Assembly: GCA_951406725.2 (NCBI GenBank)
Contig: OX597815.1
Coordinates: forward strand, 37,386,001 to 37,450,000
DNA: 64,000 bases
Source: Octopus vulgaris
Taxonomy: Eukaryota
Direction: 5' to 3'
Shown here one piece after another: positions 1 through 12,275 of the stretch (position 1 is the first letter of the stretch; the number at the start of each line of letters is the position of its first letter). Under the pieces are notes generated by a model. The model saw only the letters and a program-made list of their open reading frames with translations, did no database searches and was not told the DNA's origin. The position numbers were made by a program, and so were the translations under genes.

Positions 1-282
1 TTGAAATGAAGTTACGTTTTTAGCCAACCTATATAAAATCATGAACTGTCAACAATTTGAGTTCTAGTTTACTTATTCTATTTCAATTATTTTGCAGTTG
101 AAGGGGGTCGAAATATATCCATATTTAAGTCCTGTAAATACGAACAATATTAGGAATCATGACTTTTACGAACTTCAAGAATTGTCCCACAAGTTTATAT
201 TTTATCTCGCATTTCTGTGTTTATATTTATGTCACATTTTAAGGTACAAGATGAGAAGCTTGGACAGATAAACGGCGAACAG

Positions 283-420
283 CAATATGGCAGAGTCGTC
301 AGAACTTCGGATGAAGTGAATTGTGGTAGTCATTCCGATGTCTAGCGTTCTAAGTTCAAATCTCAACAATGTGAACTTTGCCGTTCATCCCTCCAGGGCC
401 AATAATTTCAGTAACAGTTT
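283..420 (+). mobile_element. Degenerate tRNA-derived SINE, family A
   Basis: tggcagagtcgtcag...gttctaagttcaaatctc...actttgccgttcatcc aligns by eye with the intact copy at 28692-28920. Confidence 0.55.
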
Positions 421-1935
421 AAGCCTATGGACTTGCCGAATGGTTAGAGTTTGATGAAATTCCTTGTAGTATTTGCACCTGCTATTAACCTTCTAAATTT
501 GAATTCGTTGTAGTAAAATGAAGGTAGATTTATTCCATCGCTCGATTTAACATTTCACACCACCTAGTTCTTGGGTCTGCCTTTAGCAGAGCTTATACTG
601 TTTTAAACATTTGGTCCAGATCTCTGGTTGAAGGATATATTCTATCCTCTCCTACCATCCTCGAAGGCCATAAAATTTCCCATGGGTATTGACTTCTGAT
701 TAAGCGATAAAAATTGCTAACATAAATATCAATGCTTCTCGTGAATAAAATTCATAGTAATGGAAATATTTTTCCAGTAGAAATTAATGCAGTTGTAGGA
801 AACAGTTTTGCAGATGTTACAAAAGTTTCCATCCGAGATAATATTCTCGAAAATTCAGCACTGAGTGTCATTGTCGTACTAGCTTCTCATAAAAAAAAAA
901 AAAACAATAAATATACAAAATGATCAAAATTGTGGGATATAGTATAACCACGAGATGACGTTTTTGCTAGTCTGGTTAAGCCCTATAATTAACCAGTTAA
1001 GTTGACATTACAAATGATGTTATGATGTTTTCGAAGTTATATTTTCTTTTAAATAAGCCGTTTTGCACCTGAATCACTTTGGAGTGGTTATACTCTATTT
1101 TGAAATCGTTATTACAACTTTAAAATTACTATTCTTATTACAATGTTGAAAATTTTAATTTTGAAACCATTACTTTCCCTTTCGATGTCACATCTCGAAA
1201 TAAAAATCTGCTCTCTTTGAATTATAAATACAGTTTCGTCACAATTTTTAGGTTACAAAAATGCAAATAAAAGCAATACCAAAATAGAAACTGAACAAAA
1301 GGAAAATAATTTTGTTTCCTACCAATTAAACGAAACAAACAAAATTGCTAAGTTAGCAATCTTTCAAAAACATTTTGCTGTTCCTCGGAGTAGTAAGAGA
1401 AAGCAAAGATACATTATAGATTCTGGAGACGCATTACACTGCACCATAAGTGTATGGCATTCTTAATAACATTTCTCAGAATATTGCAGCTAATTGAATT
1501 AAACAAGCATATTGCACAGAAAATTGGATTCTTGACGCTTTACTCAACTTGGGAAAAGGTTCTGTCACAGAAAGGTTTACATTTGGAACGAAATTTATTT
1601 GATTATATTGTTTCGGAGACATTTCTAAAGTATGGTTGCAACACCTTTTTGGCATTATTAAACTTGTGTACGTATACAGAACCTTGTCTCTTATTTGGTA
1701 AGCTACCTTTCTCTGTCACAATTTCTTCATACTATTCCCCCTTGCTTTCTATTTATCGTTTGTCAATTCTTTCATTCTGATGTCTGCTCCTACTTCGTCT
1801 GTCGACTATTTGCTGCAACAAATAAATGCCAAACAAAACGGATGCGAAAATACACTTCATAGAAAAATAGTTTCTAAGATTGTGTTAGAAAACTAATGTA
1901 CCTGCACGTGGTATACATACATATAAATGTATATG

Positions 1936-2274
<339 letters not shown>

Positions 2275-2597
2275 TAGGATATGAGGAGGAATACTAAAAC
2301 ATAGGCATGGGTTCTGAGAGTCCAAATAGGTGTGCCATCAAAATTCCACTCAGAATAGCGGTTGAAGTAGTTTTGTCTTGTTCAAAAATGACTAGAAGTT
2401 ACATCCCTTTGAGTCAGAAGCTATAGGTCACAGTAGTAGTAGTGGTATATATATATATATAGGTTATGAGAGGTAATGGTGTCAACAAGACCCAAAGGTG
2501 TCAGGTAATGCTGAGTAAGTGCTATGGACAGACTATAGTTAAGTTCTTGGTTCAGTGATTATGCGAATGAGGAGTCCAACGTAGGTCATATATCAGC

Positions 2598-2649
<52 letters not shown>

Positions 2650-2706
2650 CAGAATGAGATAAAAATCCAAGGCTGTGTAAGATTTGAGAACATTTATAAA
2701 GAGAAG

Positions 2707-2754
2707 GTTTTACAGCTGTTTCTGGGATATTTTATATATCCCTTCATCGGAGAC
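2707..2754 (-). ncRNA. Minimal hammerhead ribozyme motif (left arm of palindrome)
   Basis: Minus strand reads gtct-CCGATGA-a-gggatat/ataaa/atatccc-a-GAAAC-agct-GTA-aaac; stem I has one mismatch. Confidence 0.65.
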
Positions 2755-3026
2755 GGTGTGAGAGAATGGTTAAGCAATAGTTAATCTAGATAAGATATGA
2801 AATAGAGCATGAAGTGGGGGAATGAAAATAGACGTTAGATATGCAGGTATATTGTATCTGTAGTTCTGTTATTTTGGTAGAATGGTATATATATACTATT
2901 CTGCCTAAATAATGGAAATACAGATACAATATCCCTGCATATCTCACGTCTATTTTCATTCCTCCACTTCACTCTCTATTCCATACCTTCTCTAGAATAA
3001 CTATTGCTTAACAATTCTCTCACACC

Positions 3027-3074
3027 GTCTCCGATGAAGGGATATATAAAATATCCCGGAAACAGCTGTAAGAC
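3027..3074 (+). ncRNA. Minimal type I hammerhead ribozyme motif
   Basis: gtct(stem I)-CCGATGA-a-gggatat/ataaa/atatccc(stem II)-g-GAAAC-agct-GTA-agac(stem I'). Stem III is the palindrome ACAGCTGT; predicted cleavage after 3070. Confidence 0.75.
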
Positions 3075-3969
3075 CTATTTATATAACTTAGATAAACTTA
3101 GATATGTTTCGACCAATGATTGGTCAAGGCCATGTCTAACTTAATAGCACCACCTGATAGGATGATTTGAATCCTGTTTAAGTCAAGTTTTGTTTATGGT
3201 CCATTCAAGTCGTGAGTTTTTGTTGGGTGAGTTGTATCCAATTATGGGTGGCTTATCTGGTATTCCTTGAAGGAATCTATCCAGACTCCGTTTAAAGTTG
3301 ATGGGATCCTTTTCCTCTTTGATCTCTTTCGGGACAATGTTAAATAGGGCAGGGCCTGTTGAGGAAAAGAAATTATGTTGTAGTGTACATGTATGCTGTG
3401 ATCTTGAATTGGGCAGGGGACGTATGGCCCTTGGTCCCAGTCTTGGATGAACCTTGAAGCTAATGTTCAGGTCGTTCGGGCAAAGTTGGCAGTATAGTCT
3501 CCACATCGTACAAATGATGTACCGCTCACGGCGACGCTGCAGAGAGTAGAGTTTCAAGGCTTTAAGGCGATCCCAATAATCGAGAGCAGCTATGCCTTCA
3601 ATTCGTTTACTTATTGCTCTCTGGGGAGATTCAATCCTCGAGATGTTTTGTCTTGTATGGGGAGACCACAGTGGGCAGCAGTATTCGAGGTATGGCCGTA
3701 CAAAAGAGGAGAAAAGTGGTATGATGACACCTTGTTCTCTGGACCGGAAAGATCCAGGAACTCATCCTACGAGCTATATCGACCTTCTTGTTGATGTGTG
3801 CACTCCAACTGAGATCGTCATCAACAATTACACCCAGGTCTCTGATATTGTTAGAGGCTGTGAGCGGTTCCCCTGAAGGAAGAGAGTATGACTGTTTTAG
3901 TGAGGAATTTCTTCCAAAATGCATCAGCTCAAATTTTCCCTCATTCAGTTGTATTTTGTTTCTGTCTGC

Positions 3970-5124
3970 TCATTGACTCACAGCATATAGATCAGACTGG
4001 AGTTGAGTTCGGTCTGCTTCTTCATTGACGATTTGCTGGAGCTTAGTGTCATCAGCAAATATTTTCACTTTGCAGTGATGTACGACACTGGAAAGGTCGT
4101 TTATGTAGATTATGAAGAGTAACGGACCCAAGACAGTCCCCTGGGGGACACTGCTGGTGACTTTTACTGGGCTTGAGTGGACTCCATCAACTACAACATG
4201 TTGTGTTCTATTCGCCAGGAAACACTTGATGCAGCGTAGAACTTTTCCACGGATTCCAACATTTGCCAATTTTGAGAGTAGGATATTATGGTCTACCCTG
4301 TGGAACGCTTTACTGAAGTCAAGGTATATGACATCAGAGTTCGAACCTGTTCCCAAGGCTTTGAGTACATCTTCAATGTGGTGTAAGAGCTGTGTTAGAC
4401 AGTCCCTGCCACAGCGAAAGCCATGCTGATTTGCATTTAGGAGTTTGTGGGTCTCCAGGAAGTCAGCTATCCTTGATCTTAACACTCTTTCAAACACTTT
4501 GATGATGTGGGAGGTGAGTGAGATTGGGCGATAGTTGAGTGCGATGGATCTGTTTCCCTGTTTAAAAACCTGGATGACTGACTGGGATAGAAATTGTTTC
4601 GGTATATAACCTGCGTCTAGCGAATTTCTCCATAGGTTGGTCAGAGAGATTGCAAGTTGGTGTCTACATTCCTTCAGCAGACTAGCGTGGAATCTATTAG
4701 AGCCTACAGCAGAGTAGTATTTGACCTCATTTATTGCTGTTATGATGTCAGTGGCAGTGAAGGTTATGTCTGAGATTTTATGTTGAGAGTCAACTTCGTT
4801 CGCTTCTCTTACGTCAATATCAGTGGGAACACTAAAGACAGAGAAGTATTGTTTCTGCAGTATTTCTGCCATTTCTTCAGCATCGTGTTGGGGAATGCCG
4901 TTATCATCAATCAATGGCCCAATGGGTGAGACAGTGGTTCTATGCTTATTTGCATAAGAATAGAACACTTTTGGGTTCTGTTTGATGTTTTTGATTACCC
5001 ACTGTTCCTCCACAGCTCTTTGATTTTCAATGGAGGTTTTCAGGTCGTTCTGCAGATGAAGTTTTTCCAGCTCTAGCCTTTTCATTGTTGTTGAATGTGG
5101 ATGTTGTATGTGGGAATATTTCAA
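3970..5124 (-). pseudogene. Reverse transcriptase portion of CR1-like ORF2
   Basis: 384-aa ORF with canonical non-LTR RT motifs including FADD; truncated by a stop and an upstream duplication frameshift. Confidence 0.9.
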
Positions 5125-5586
5125 TTGGTTGATTTTTTTGTTGAGTCTCTTGATGCGCCTGATGAGTGTTTTTTTCTTTTTAGGGAGCCAGTTTCTGGTT
5201 GTGTTAGTAGATTTCGTGGGAGCGTGTTTTGAGCATGTATAGGTGACAATGGCCCAATGGGTGAGACAGTGGTTCTATGCTTATTTGCATAAGAATAGAA
5301 CACTTTTGGGTTCTGTTTGATGTTTTTGATTACCCACTGTTCCTCCACAGCTCTTTGATTTTCAATGGAGGTTTTCAGGTCGTTCTGCAGATGAAGTTTT
5401 TCCAGCTCTAGCCTTTTCATTGTTGTTGAATGTGGATGTTGTATGTGGGAATATTTTAATTGGTTGATTTTTTTGTTGAGTCTCTTGATGCGCCTGATGA
5501 GTGTTCTTTTCTTTTTAGGGAGCCAGTTTCTGTTTGTGTTAGTAGATTTCGTGGGAGCGTGTTTTGAGCATGTATAGGTGACAATG
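4912..5586. repeat. 335-bp tandem duplication inside the LINE
   Basis: caatg recurs at 4912, 5247 and 5582; the two units are near-identical and both encode MKRLELEKLHLQNDLKTSIENQ. Confidence 0.95.
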
Positions 5587-6181
5587 TTTTCAAAGTGCTG
5601 CCATGCTGTCTCAATATGGGTGGAATTGAGAGTAAAAGACCAGTCGATGAAAGACAGATCCTTTCTGATTGCTCCTCAGTCCGCTTTGTGGAAGTTTATG
5701 TTGTCAAATGAGTGTCATGGAGTGGGATTGGCTGGTTTGGTTTTTATATGTCGGGAATTAAAATTGCAGAGTACCATGTCGTGGTCTGAGAGGAGAGTTT
5801 TTTCAACTGAAATACTGCGAACGAAACTAGAGTGATTGGTCAATACCAGATCCAAGATCGTTTTATTCTGTCTCGTTGGTTCGAGCACTAGCTGAGTCAG
5901 GAAGTATTCATCCATTAGATTAAAGAGCAGTTCTGTTGCTGCTCTATCTGATGTAGAGCATTTGCCTAACTTCAGAGTATTTGTGGGCCAGTTCACATGA
6001 GGGAGGTTAAAATCACCCATCACTAGTTTGTTTCCGGAGTTGTACTTCCGAAGGAAGGACTTGACTTTACTAAGGCACTCTTCAAAGCACTTTAGAGGTG
6101 CTTGAGGAGGCCTGTAAAGACCAACAATGATTATGTTCTGAAATCTTTTACAGCCTTGGATTTTTATCTCATTCTGTTAAG

Positions 6182-6215
<34 letters not shown>

Positions 6216-6316
6216 CTTAACATAATGAGAAAAAAAAAAAAATATATATATATATATATACATATATATACATATACAAATATGTGTCTGTGTGTGCATG
6301 TGTGTATTTATATTTA

Positions 6317-6362
<46 letters not shown>

Positions 6363-6383
6363 AATATATATATACATTTGTGC

Positions 6384-6427
<44 letters not shown>

Positions 6428-7135
6428 ATCCCCCTCTCCCATATATGATGTTTCGATAATGAGTAAAAACGTTGCTCGTAAAAATGCCGCCTTGTTTTTA
6501 AGCCCAGCTTTTGCACAAGTGTCGCATAAATGCCTTTTCTAACCTAAATGCAATACAGAATCATGACATTTGGCATGGTTTACAGACATATCTCCTGAGA
6601 TCACTAATAGAAAAACATTTATTACACGCTTAGCAGACAGATGTTCTTGCAGATGATAAATACATATATTATTACCTTGCTGCTTCATGTATCTGTGTAG
6701 TTAATGAGAATCGACTCAGAAAGTCAAGCTTGGTTACAAGTTGTACATATCTATAGTGTTTCTATTCCGTGCATACTTTGTGTCCCTTTCAGTTCTGCGT
6801 ATTTAATGTGATTCTCTTTAAAATTCACGAGCACGTTGATTGTATTTTCTTTTCCAGGATACATTATCACTTAGAATTGTTTATCCTCAGTATTAGAGAT
6901 TTTACGATCAATTTAATCGATGGTTCCCTTACACCACAATGTTTGACTTTGTGCTAATACTGCAAATACTAGCCGTATATATTGGTTTTCTAACTTAAAT
7001 TTTTAATCTGCTGTTTGATTTACCACCATTGCCTGACTCTAAGGTGCTTTATCAAGATGTTCTCTGAGACGTTTTACTCTCGTCTTCGAGTACCGTAAGC
7101 TCTGTAAAATTTGACGAGCACTGTCCTTCTCTACT

Positions 7136-7500
7136 AGTAATAAAACGCCTTGATTCTTTTCTATCATAAGAACTATATATCAAAGGACTGCAAATAGGGA
7201 CACCTGTACTCCATGTAACTTTAATATCTTGTTTTTCCAGCTCAAATACGTAATAAACAAATACACCAATCACTGCCAGGGTGACAAGAAACATAAAAAC
7301 TGGTGGCGGGCAGCAAGAGTAGTTCGCAAGTAAATCCTTTTGTTTCCGGATAGGAACAATGCTTACAATGGCTGCTTCCACAACACCACTAACTTTCACT
7401 TTATCTCGGGAAAGTAGAGCATCTTCACCAGCCATCAAAGTTGCGAATTCGTCATAATTTATGAAGGAATCTGCATTACTGTTGGCTTCTGCCAACATTT
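7136..7500 (-). pseudogene. Fragment of an EF-hand-containing rhomboid protease gene (RHBDL1/RHBDL3-like), lacking the catalytic region
   Basis: ANSNADSFINYDEFATLM (EF-hand loop), YSCCPPPVFMFLVTLAVIGVFVYY (pre-TM1/TM1 signature), SPLIYSSYDRKESRRFIT (L1 loop, WR motif decayed); similarity stops before TM2. Confidence 0.85.
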
Positions 7501-9380
7501 TATGTAGGTTTCGATTCCCTGATTTATGTAGGTTTCGATTCCCTAAAGCCCTGAAGTGATGTTATTCATGAGGCGTTGAAAAGTGGCCGGGGCATTCAAG
7601 GTGTCGTTATATGAAATTATTATCTGAAAATATTATCTGGAATCTCTTTCGAGATGTTTTTGGAAATCTCTTGCGAGTTCGAGTTACCCATAGAACGAGT
7701 CACAGCACATGAGGAAAAAACACCAGGAATAATTTCCTGAAGGGATTCAGTGCTCTCAGAAGTGCTTGGCCCAATGCTAACATGATGATCAGACAAAACC
7801 TTGGACCCTGTTAAATCATTTCCAATAAGCAAGTCTACACCTGAAACTAGGATAGTTTTCTTAACACCAACTTTCACCAAACCAGACACAAAATTTGACT
7901 GCAAATCAACAAAATAAGAGGTGCACCTGAAATTCCACTAATACCCTCTAATAATACATCAGAGTTAGCAGAAAACACTTCGGAGACAGGAAGAGTACCT
8001 TCTAACAATAGAGACTGGAGTGCGCCTGTGTCCCTCAAAATAGTAATGGTTCGTAATGTGGATTTATCACCCTCAAGTGAGACAAACCCTTTTGAAATAA
8101 AAGGTAATTACCCCTCTTCAACAAAAACGGCAGGCTTTGGTGACTGAACTCTTGAAACAAACTGCTCCTCAGTGTTAATAATGTCGGAAATAGGCTGAGA
8201 CTTGACATTCACAAAAGCGTGGATCAAGGTTTGTGACTGATTTTTTAACTTAAGCTTTTTACACTCTGAAATCAGATGGCCGGCCTTTCTACAATATCTA
8301 CAAATAATTGTTGAAGGAAAATTAGAAACAAATGGACTGATTGACTTTCTTAACTCTGAACCACTAGACTTGTTAGGATTCGAACCTGACCGAGCTGAAT
8401 AAATTGACTTACTTGTCTGACCTAACTCGAAATTATCCGGATGATAATAACAATACAACTTGAACTCACGCTTGTGAGTAATAGAATAATCATCTGCTAA
8501 ACTAGCTGCCTCTTGTAACTGTTCTACTCTCTGCTCTTCGAAATATGTCTTAACATCAACATTGAACACATTGTTTGAACTCCTCTAATAATATAAGCTG
8601 TCTCAATTAGTGAAAATCTTCCCCAACTTCTTTTGAAAATTTGTTTGATAGGTGGTGTACCTATCAAACAAATTTTCCTTCTTTCTAGCAAATTCTACAT
8701 AAGTATCCTCACTTCTTTTCTTGGACTGTCTAAATTTTTGTCTATATGCTTCAGGGACCAGTTCATAAGCTTTTAGAATATCCTGTTTCACCACCTCATA
8801 ACTCAAACTTGCTTCGTTCGATAAATTTGAATAGACTCCCTGAGCCCTGCCTTTTAAAACACTTTGTTTTAACATTGTGCAATATTCCAGAGGCCATCTA
8901 GAATTTATTGCCACCTCTTCAAAAATGAAGGAAAAATTTATCAACATTCTTTTCACTAAATGGAGGCACAAGTTTAATATTCTTAGCTACATCAAAATCT
9001 TTCTGATCACGAGGAGTGTCCAACTTTCTACTCTGTAACTCCATTTCTTTCAATTTTAATTCTTTTTGAATTTCCATTTCCTTTATTGCTTTTTGAAATT
9101 CTAATTCCAATTTCCTCAACTCAAACTCTTCTGTTTTCTCTGTTTTCAACAAGGACAAAGCCGAATCTTCGAAAATTTCTTCATCAGCCAAATGTTCCAA
9201 AACCACTTTGAAAATCTCTCTCTTTTTCATGGTTGACTTAACTTCATCCATATAGTAATGTTTGGCCAATAGCAACAATTCTGATTTAAAAAAAATCCTT
9301 AATTGCTCCACACTGGGAAATTCAATAAATTCTTCAACCTTAAACTCCATATTCTCGAAGAGAAACTTTGTTGTCCACAT
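7499..9380 (-). mobile_element. Degenerate Ty3/Gypsy LTR retrotransposon internal region (Gmr1-like gag, protease, RT remnant)
   Basis: Gag LVPPFSEKNVDKFF...YELVPEAYRQKFR; zinc knuckle CRYCRKAGHLISEC; protease ILRDTGALQSLL at ~8005-8042; RT remnant LNAPATFQRLMNN...GIETYI at ~7500-7600. No LTR pair identified. Confidence 0.9.
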
Positions 9381-9722
9381 TTAATCTTGTGAATATCTCT
9401 GGTCATTATATTTCACTTGCTTTAATTGATAAATTGTGAACGGATTCGAAGGTTTATATACGTATGTATAAATTGTTATTAATGAGAAGAGATTTAATTT
9501 TAGTGACTTTGTATTAAATATTTGGTGTTAGTTTCGGTATAATCCAATCCGTTTTCTGTTTTATAAGCAATACCGGACAGTTATGAATGCCTCCCCTAAA
9601 AACCTCTCAAAACTTCTGGAATGCACCCCGTATAATATAATATAATATAACACACACATACACATACACATATATATGTATGTATGTATATCTATCTATC
9701 TATCTATCTATCGTAAATTATA

Positions 9723-10432
9723 CGATCTACCAATTCCAAATTAGTTTACTGGGCATTTAGTAGAGAAACCCGAGTTCGAGATTAACATATTCATTTTTTA
9801 TTCATTCTGGTTTTATAATAGCGTGCCTCATAAATTCTTTTTTTCGTGGGTAAGGTTTTAACTACCCGTTCTAGCATGTAAGGAATCCTGTCAAAGGTTT
9901 CCTCTCTGTGTATAAAAATATTTTATACACTTTATATTTTTAAAAATATGTTAGGTTTTATGACTTTTATTTAGGCATGCTAACCACTGGTAAAAGGTTC
10001 CTTCAATATATTTCCCTAATATTTACGATAAAAATATTTATAGTTCTGAGGGTATATAGAACAAAATATTAGATTTATTTATTTAATGCTGGACTATGTT
10101 TACGCTTGCGCATTAAGTTCGAATCCATAACGGATAAAGATATGGCTGTCTTGCGCACGTGTTTTCGGTACGTATTTGCAACTGCATATTTAATCATTAA
10201 TTAGCAATCTCTCTGACGATCTAGAAATTCCAAACTAGTTTATTTGGCAATAATAGAGAAACTCGAATTCGGGATTAACTTATTTTTGTTCATTCTGTCT
10301 GGTGTTATAGCAGCATGCCTCATGGATTCTTTTTTTTTCGTGGTTTGGGTTTTAACTGCCCTTTCTAGCATGTGAGGAGTCCTGTCAAAGGTCTTCTCTC
10401 TGTGTATAAAAACATTTTATACACCTTATATA
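9723..10432. repeat. Two diverged ~210-bp direct repeats (about 9723-9936 and 10217-10432)
   Basis: Both run cgatcta...aattccaaa...ctagcatg...cctgtcaaagg...gtgtataaaaa.attttatacac. Confidence 0.85.
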
Positions 10433-10477
10433 TATATTTGAATATATATATATGTATATGTATATGTATATGTATAT

Positions 10478-12165
10478 ATCACCTTGACCGACCAGTCCGT
10501 CAGGCGTCCATTTGACACCGCTGGTCACAGCACGCTGTCCACTCCTCTCTGGATCGCGCCTTTCTCATCCACGTGATCCCAATCGTCCTCCTGAAATCGT
10601 AACTCCACCGTCGTGGAAGTCTTCCGGGTGGTCTTTTCCGCTCACGCGGGTACCACTCGACAGCTGCGTGCGTCCACCGCTTATCGGTGAGCCGGGCGAC
10701 GTGTCTAGCCCATCTATACTTGCTGCGTGTATACTCTGCGATGACATGTCTCACGCCGGACTTCTTTCTGATGATCTTGCTACTTATGTGCTCTCTCAAC
10801 GAGATACCAAGCATTGACCTTTCCATGGCTCTTTGAGCCGTTACCAGTCTTTGCTCTTCTCTCTTTGTGGTAGCCCATGGTTCACTACCATATAACATTG
10901 CAGGCAGAACTGCACTGTTAATGAGGTTGGCGCGGGTGGTCCTGTCCAACTTTCCCTTGAGCACATCCCTTATGCCATTGAACGCCTTCCATCCGGCCCT
11001 CACTCTCCGTGAGATCTCCTTTTTGACATCCCGGCACATATTTACTTCCTGTCCTAGGTAGACATATTCCCTCACCTCCTCTATTTCATCACTGCCGATC
11101 ACCATTCGACCCGTTGGTACATTGTCTGACCGCATGTACTTTGTTTTCATGCGGTTCATCTTGAGACCTACTGCAGAACTTTTGATGTCGAGCTCCGTCA
11201 GCATGGTCTGAAGCTGATCCATGTTTTCAGCGATGAGTACGAAGTCGTCAGCGAAGCGGAGGTGAGTGAGGAGCTCGCCATTAATGTTGACACCACCTTG
11301 CCAGTCGATGCCTCTGATGATCTGTTCGAGACATGCAGTGAAAAGTATTGGGGAGATTGTATCTCCTTGCTTCACTCCCTTCTCGACCGGCACTCGTATG
11401 GGTGATGACAGTAGAGCTATGTCGGTGGTGCATCCGGAATTTGCCTCTCTGAGCAGCTGCACATATTGCGCCTCTGCAGCGAGTTCAGCACTGCGTTGGT
11501 TTCGACGCTATCGAAGACCTTCTCATAATCTATAAACGCAACGCAAAGAGGCAGCTTGTACTCATTTGCTCGCTCAAGCAGTTGCGTTAGAGTAAATATG
11601 TGGTCAATTGTGCTGTAGTTCTTTCGGAAGCCTGCTTGTTCCCTCGGTTGTTGTTCGTCGAGACGACGTGACAACCGGTTCAGAATTATCTTCGTGAACA
11701 GCTTGTACACGTGAGACAGCAGGCATATGGGTCGGTAGTTCTTTAGATCTTCTCTGTCGCCCTTCTTATACAGCAGGATGGTATTTGACTCTTTCCAAAG
11801 CGAGGGAATTCTTCCCTCGTCTAGATAGTGCGTAAATCGCTCAGCGAGGATTTTCCAGAGCTGCTCTCTGCCTGACTTTAGCACCTCTGATGTTATACCG
11901 TCTTTCCCTGGAACCTTTCCGTTTTTCATCGAGCCGATGGCTCTTTCAACCTCACTGACAAGGATAGGTGGCACGTTTTCTTCCTGTTGAAGTGGTGGTA
12001 ACGGCTGGACATTTCTGGTAGACTTAAAGAGCTTGGTGTAGAAGTCTTCACAAACTTTTTCCATCTCGTTGACCGGTATTCCATCTGTATTTTTCAGGGC
12101 CGTCACCTCCGATCTATATAGTACCATGTCCCTCTTGCATTTCTTGAGGCTTTTCTATACATATG
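10478..12165 (-). mobile_element. 5'-truncated RTE-clade LINE (RT and C-terminus)
   Basis: PGKDGITSE, NYRPICLLS, EQAGFR, FIDYEKVFDSV, KGVKQGDTISP, LRFADD, YVYLGQ, MLYGSE, RPPGR. One frameshift near 11460; lies between TA-rich microsatellites. Confidence 0.95.
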
Positions 12166-12170
12166 AACTC

Positions 12171-12275
<105 letters not shown>

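Larger units (their letters stand above)
2647..3086. mobile_element. Inverted pair of Penelope-like pseudo-LTRs forming a long palindrome centred near 2890; the right arm resumes at 6133-6179
   Basis: 2705-2890 is the near-perfect reverse complement of 2891-3076, and 2647-2693 is the reverse complement of 6133-6179. Each arm carries a minimal hammerhead motif, a hallmark of Penelope pLTRs. Confidence 0.75.
3087..6132 (-). mobile_element. 5'-truncated CR1/L2-like LINE (partial APE endonuclease, RT, 3' UTR)
   Basis: EN motifs MGDFNLP, PTRQNKTILDLVL, LSDH; RT motifs NYRPISLTS, QHGFR, YLDFSKAF, VPQGTVLGPLLFIIYINDL, IFADDTKL; C-terminal LYSLQRRRERY. Frameshifted; tail of short tandem repeats (tatctaagtt) at ~3087-3104. 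Confidence 0.93.

Noticed and set aside
732-1780. Short ORFs of 63 and 108 aa
   Set aside because: No motifs; consistent with chance ORFs in AT-rich DNA
5159-5505. CTGATGAG motifs in the LINE duplication
   Set aside because: Antisense of coding sequence with no flanking hammerhead stems
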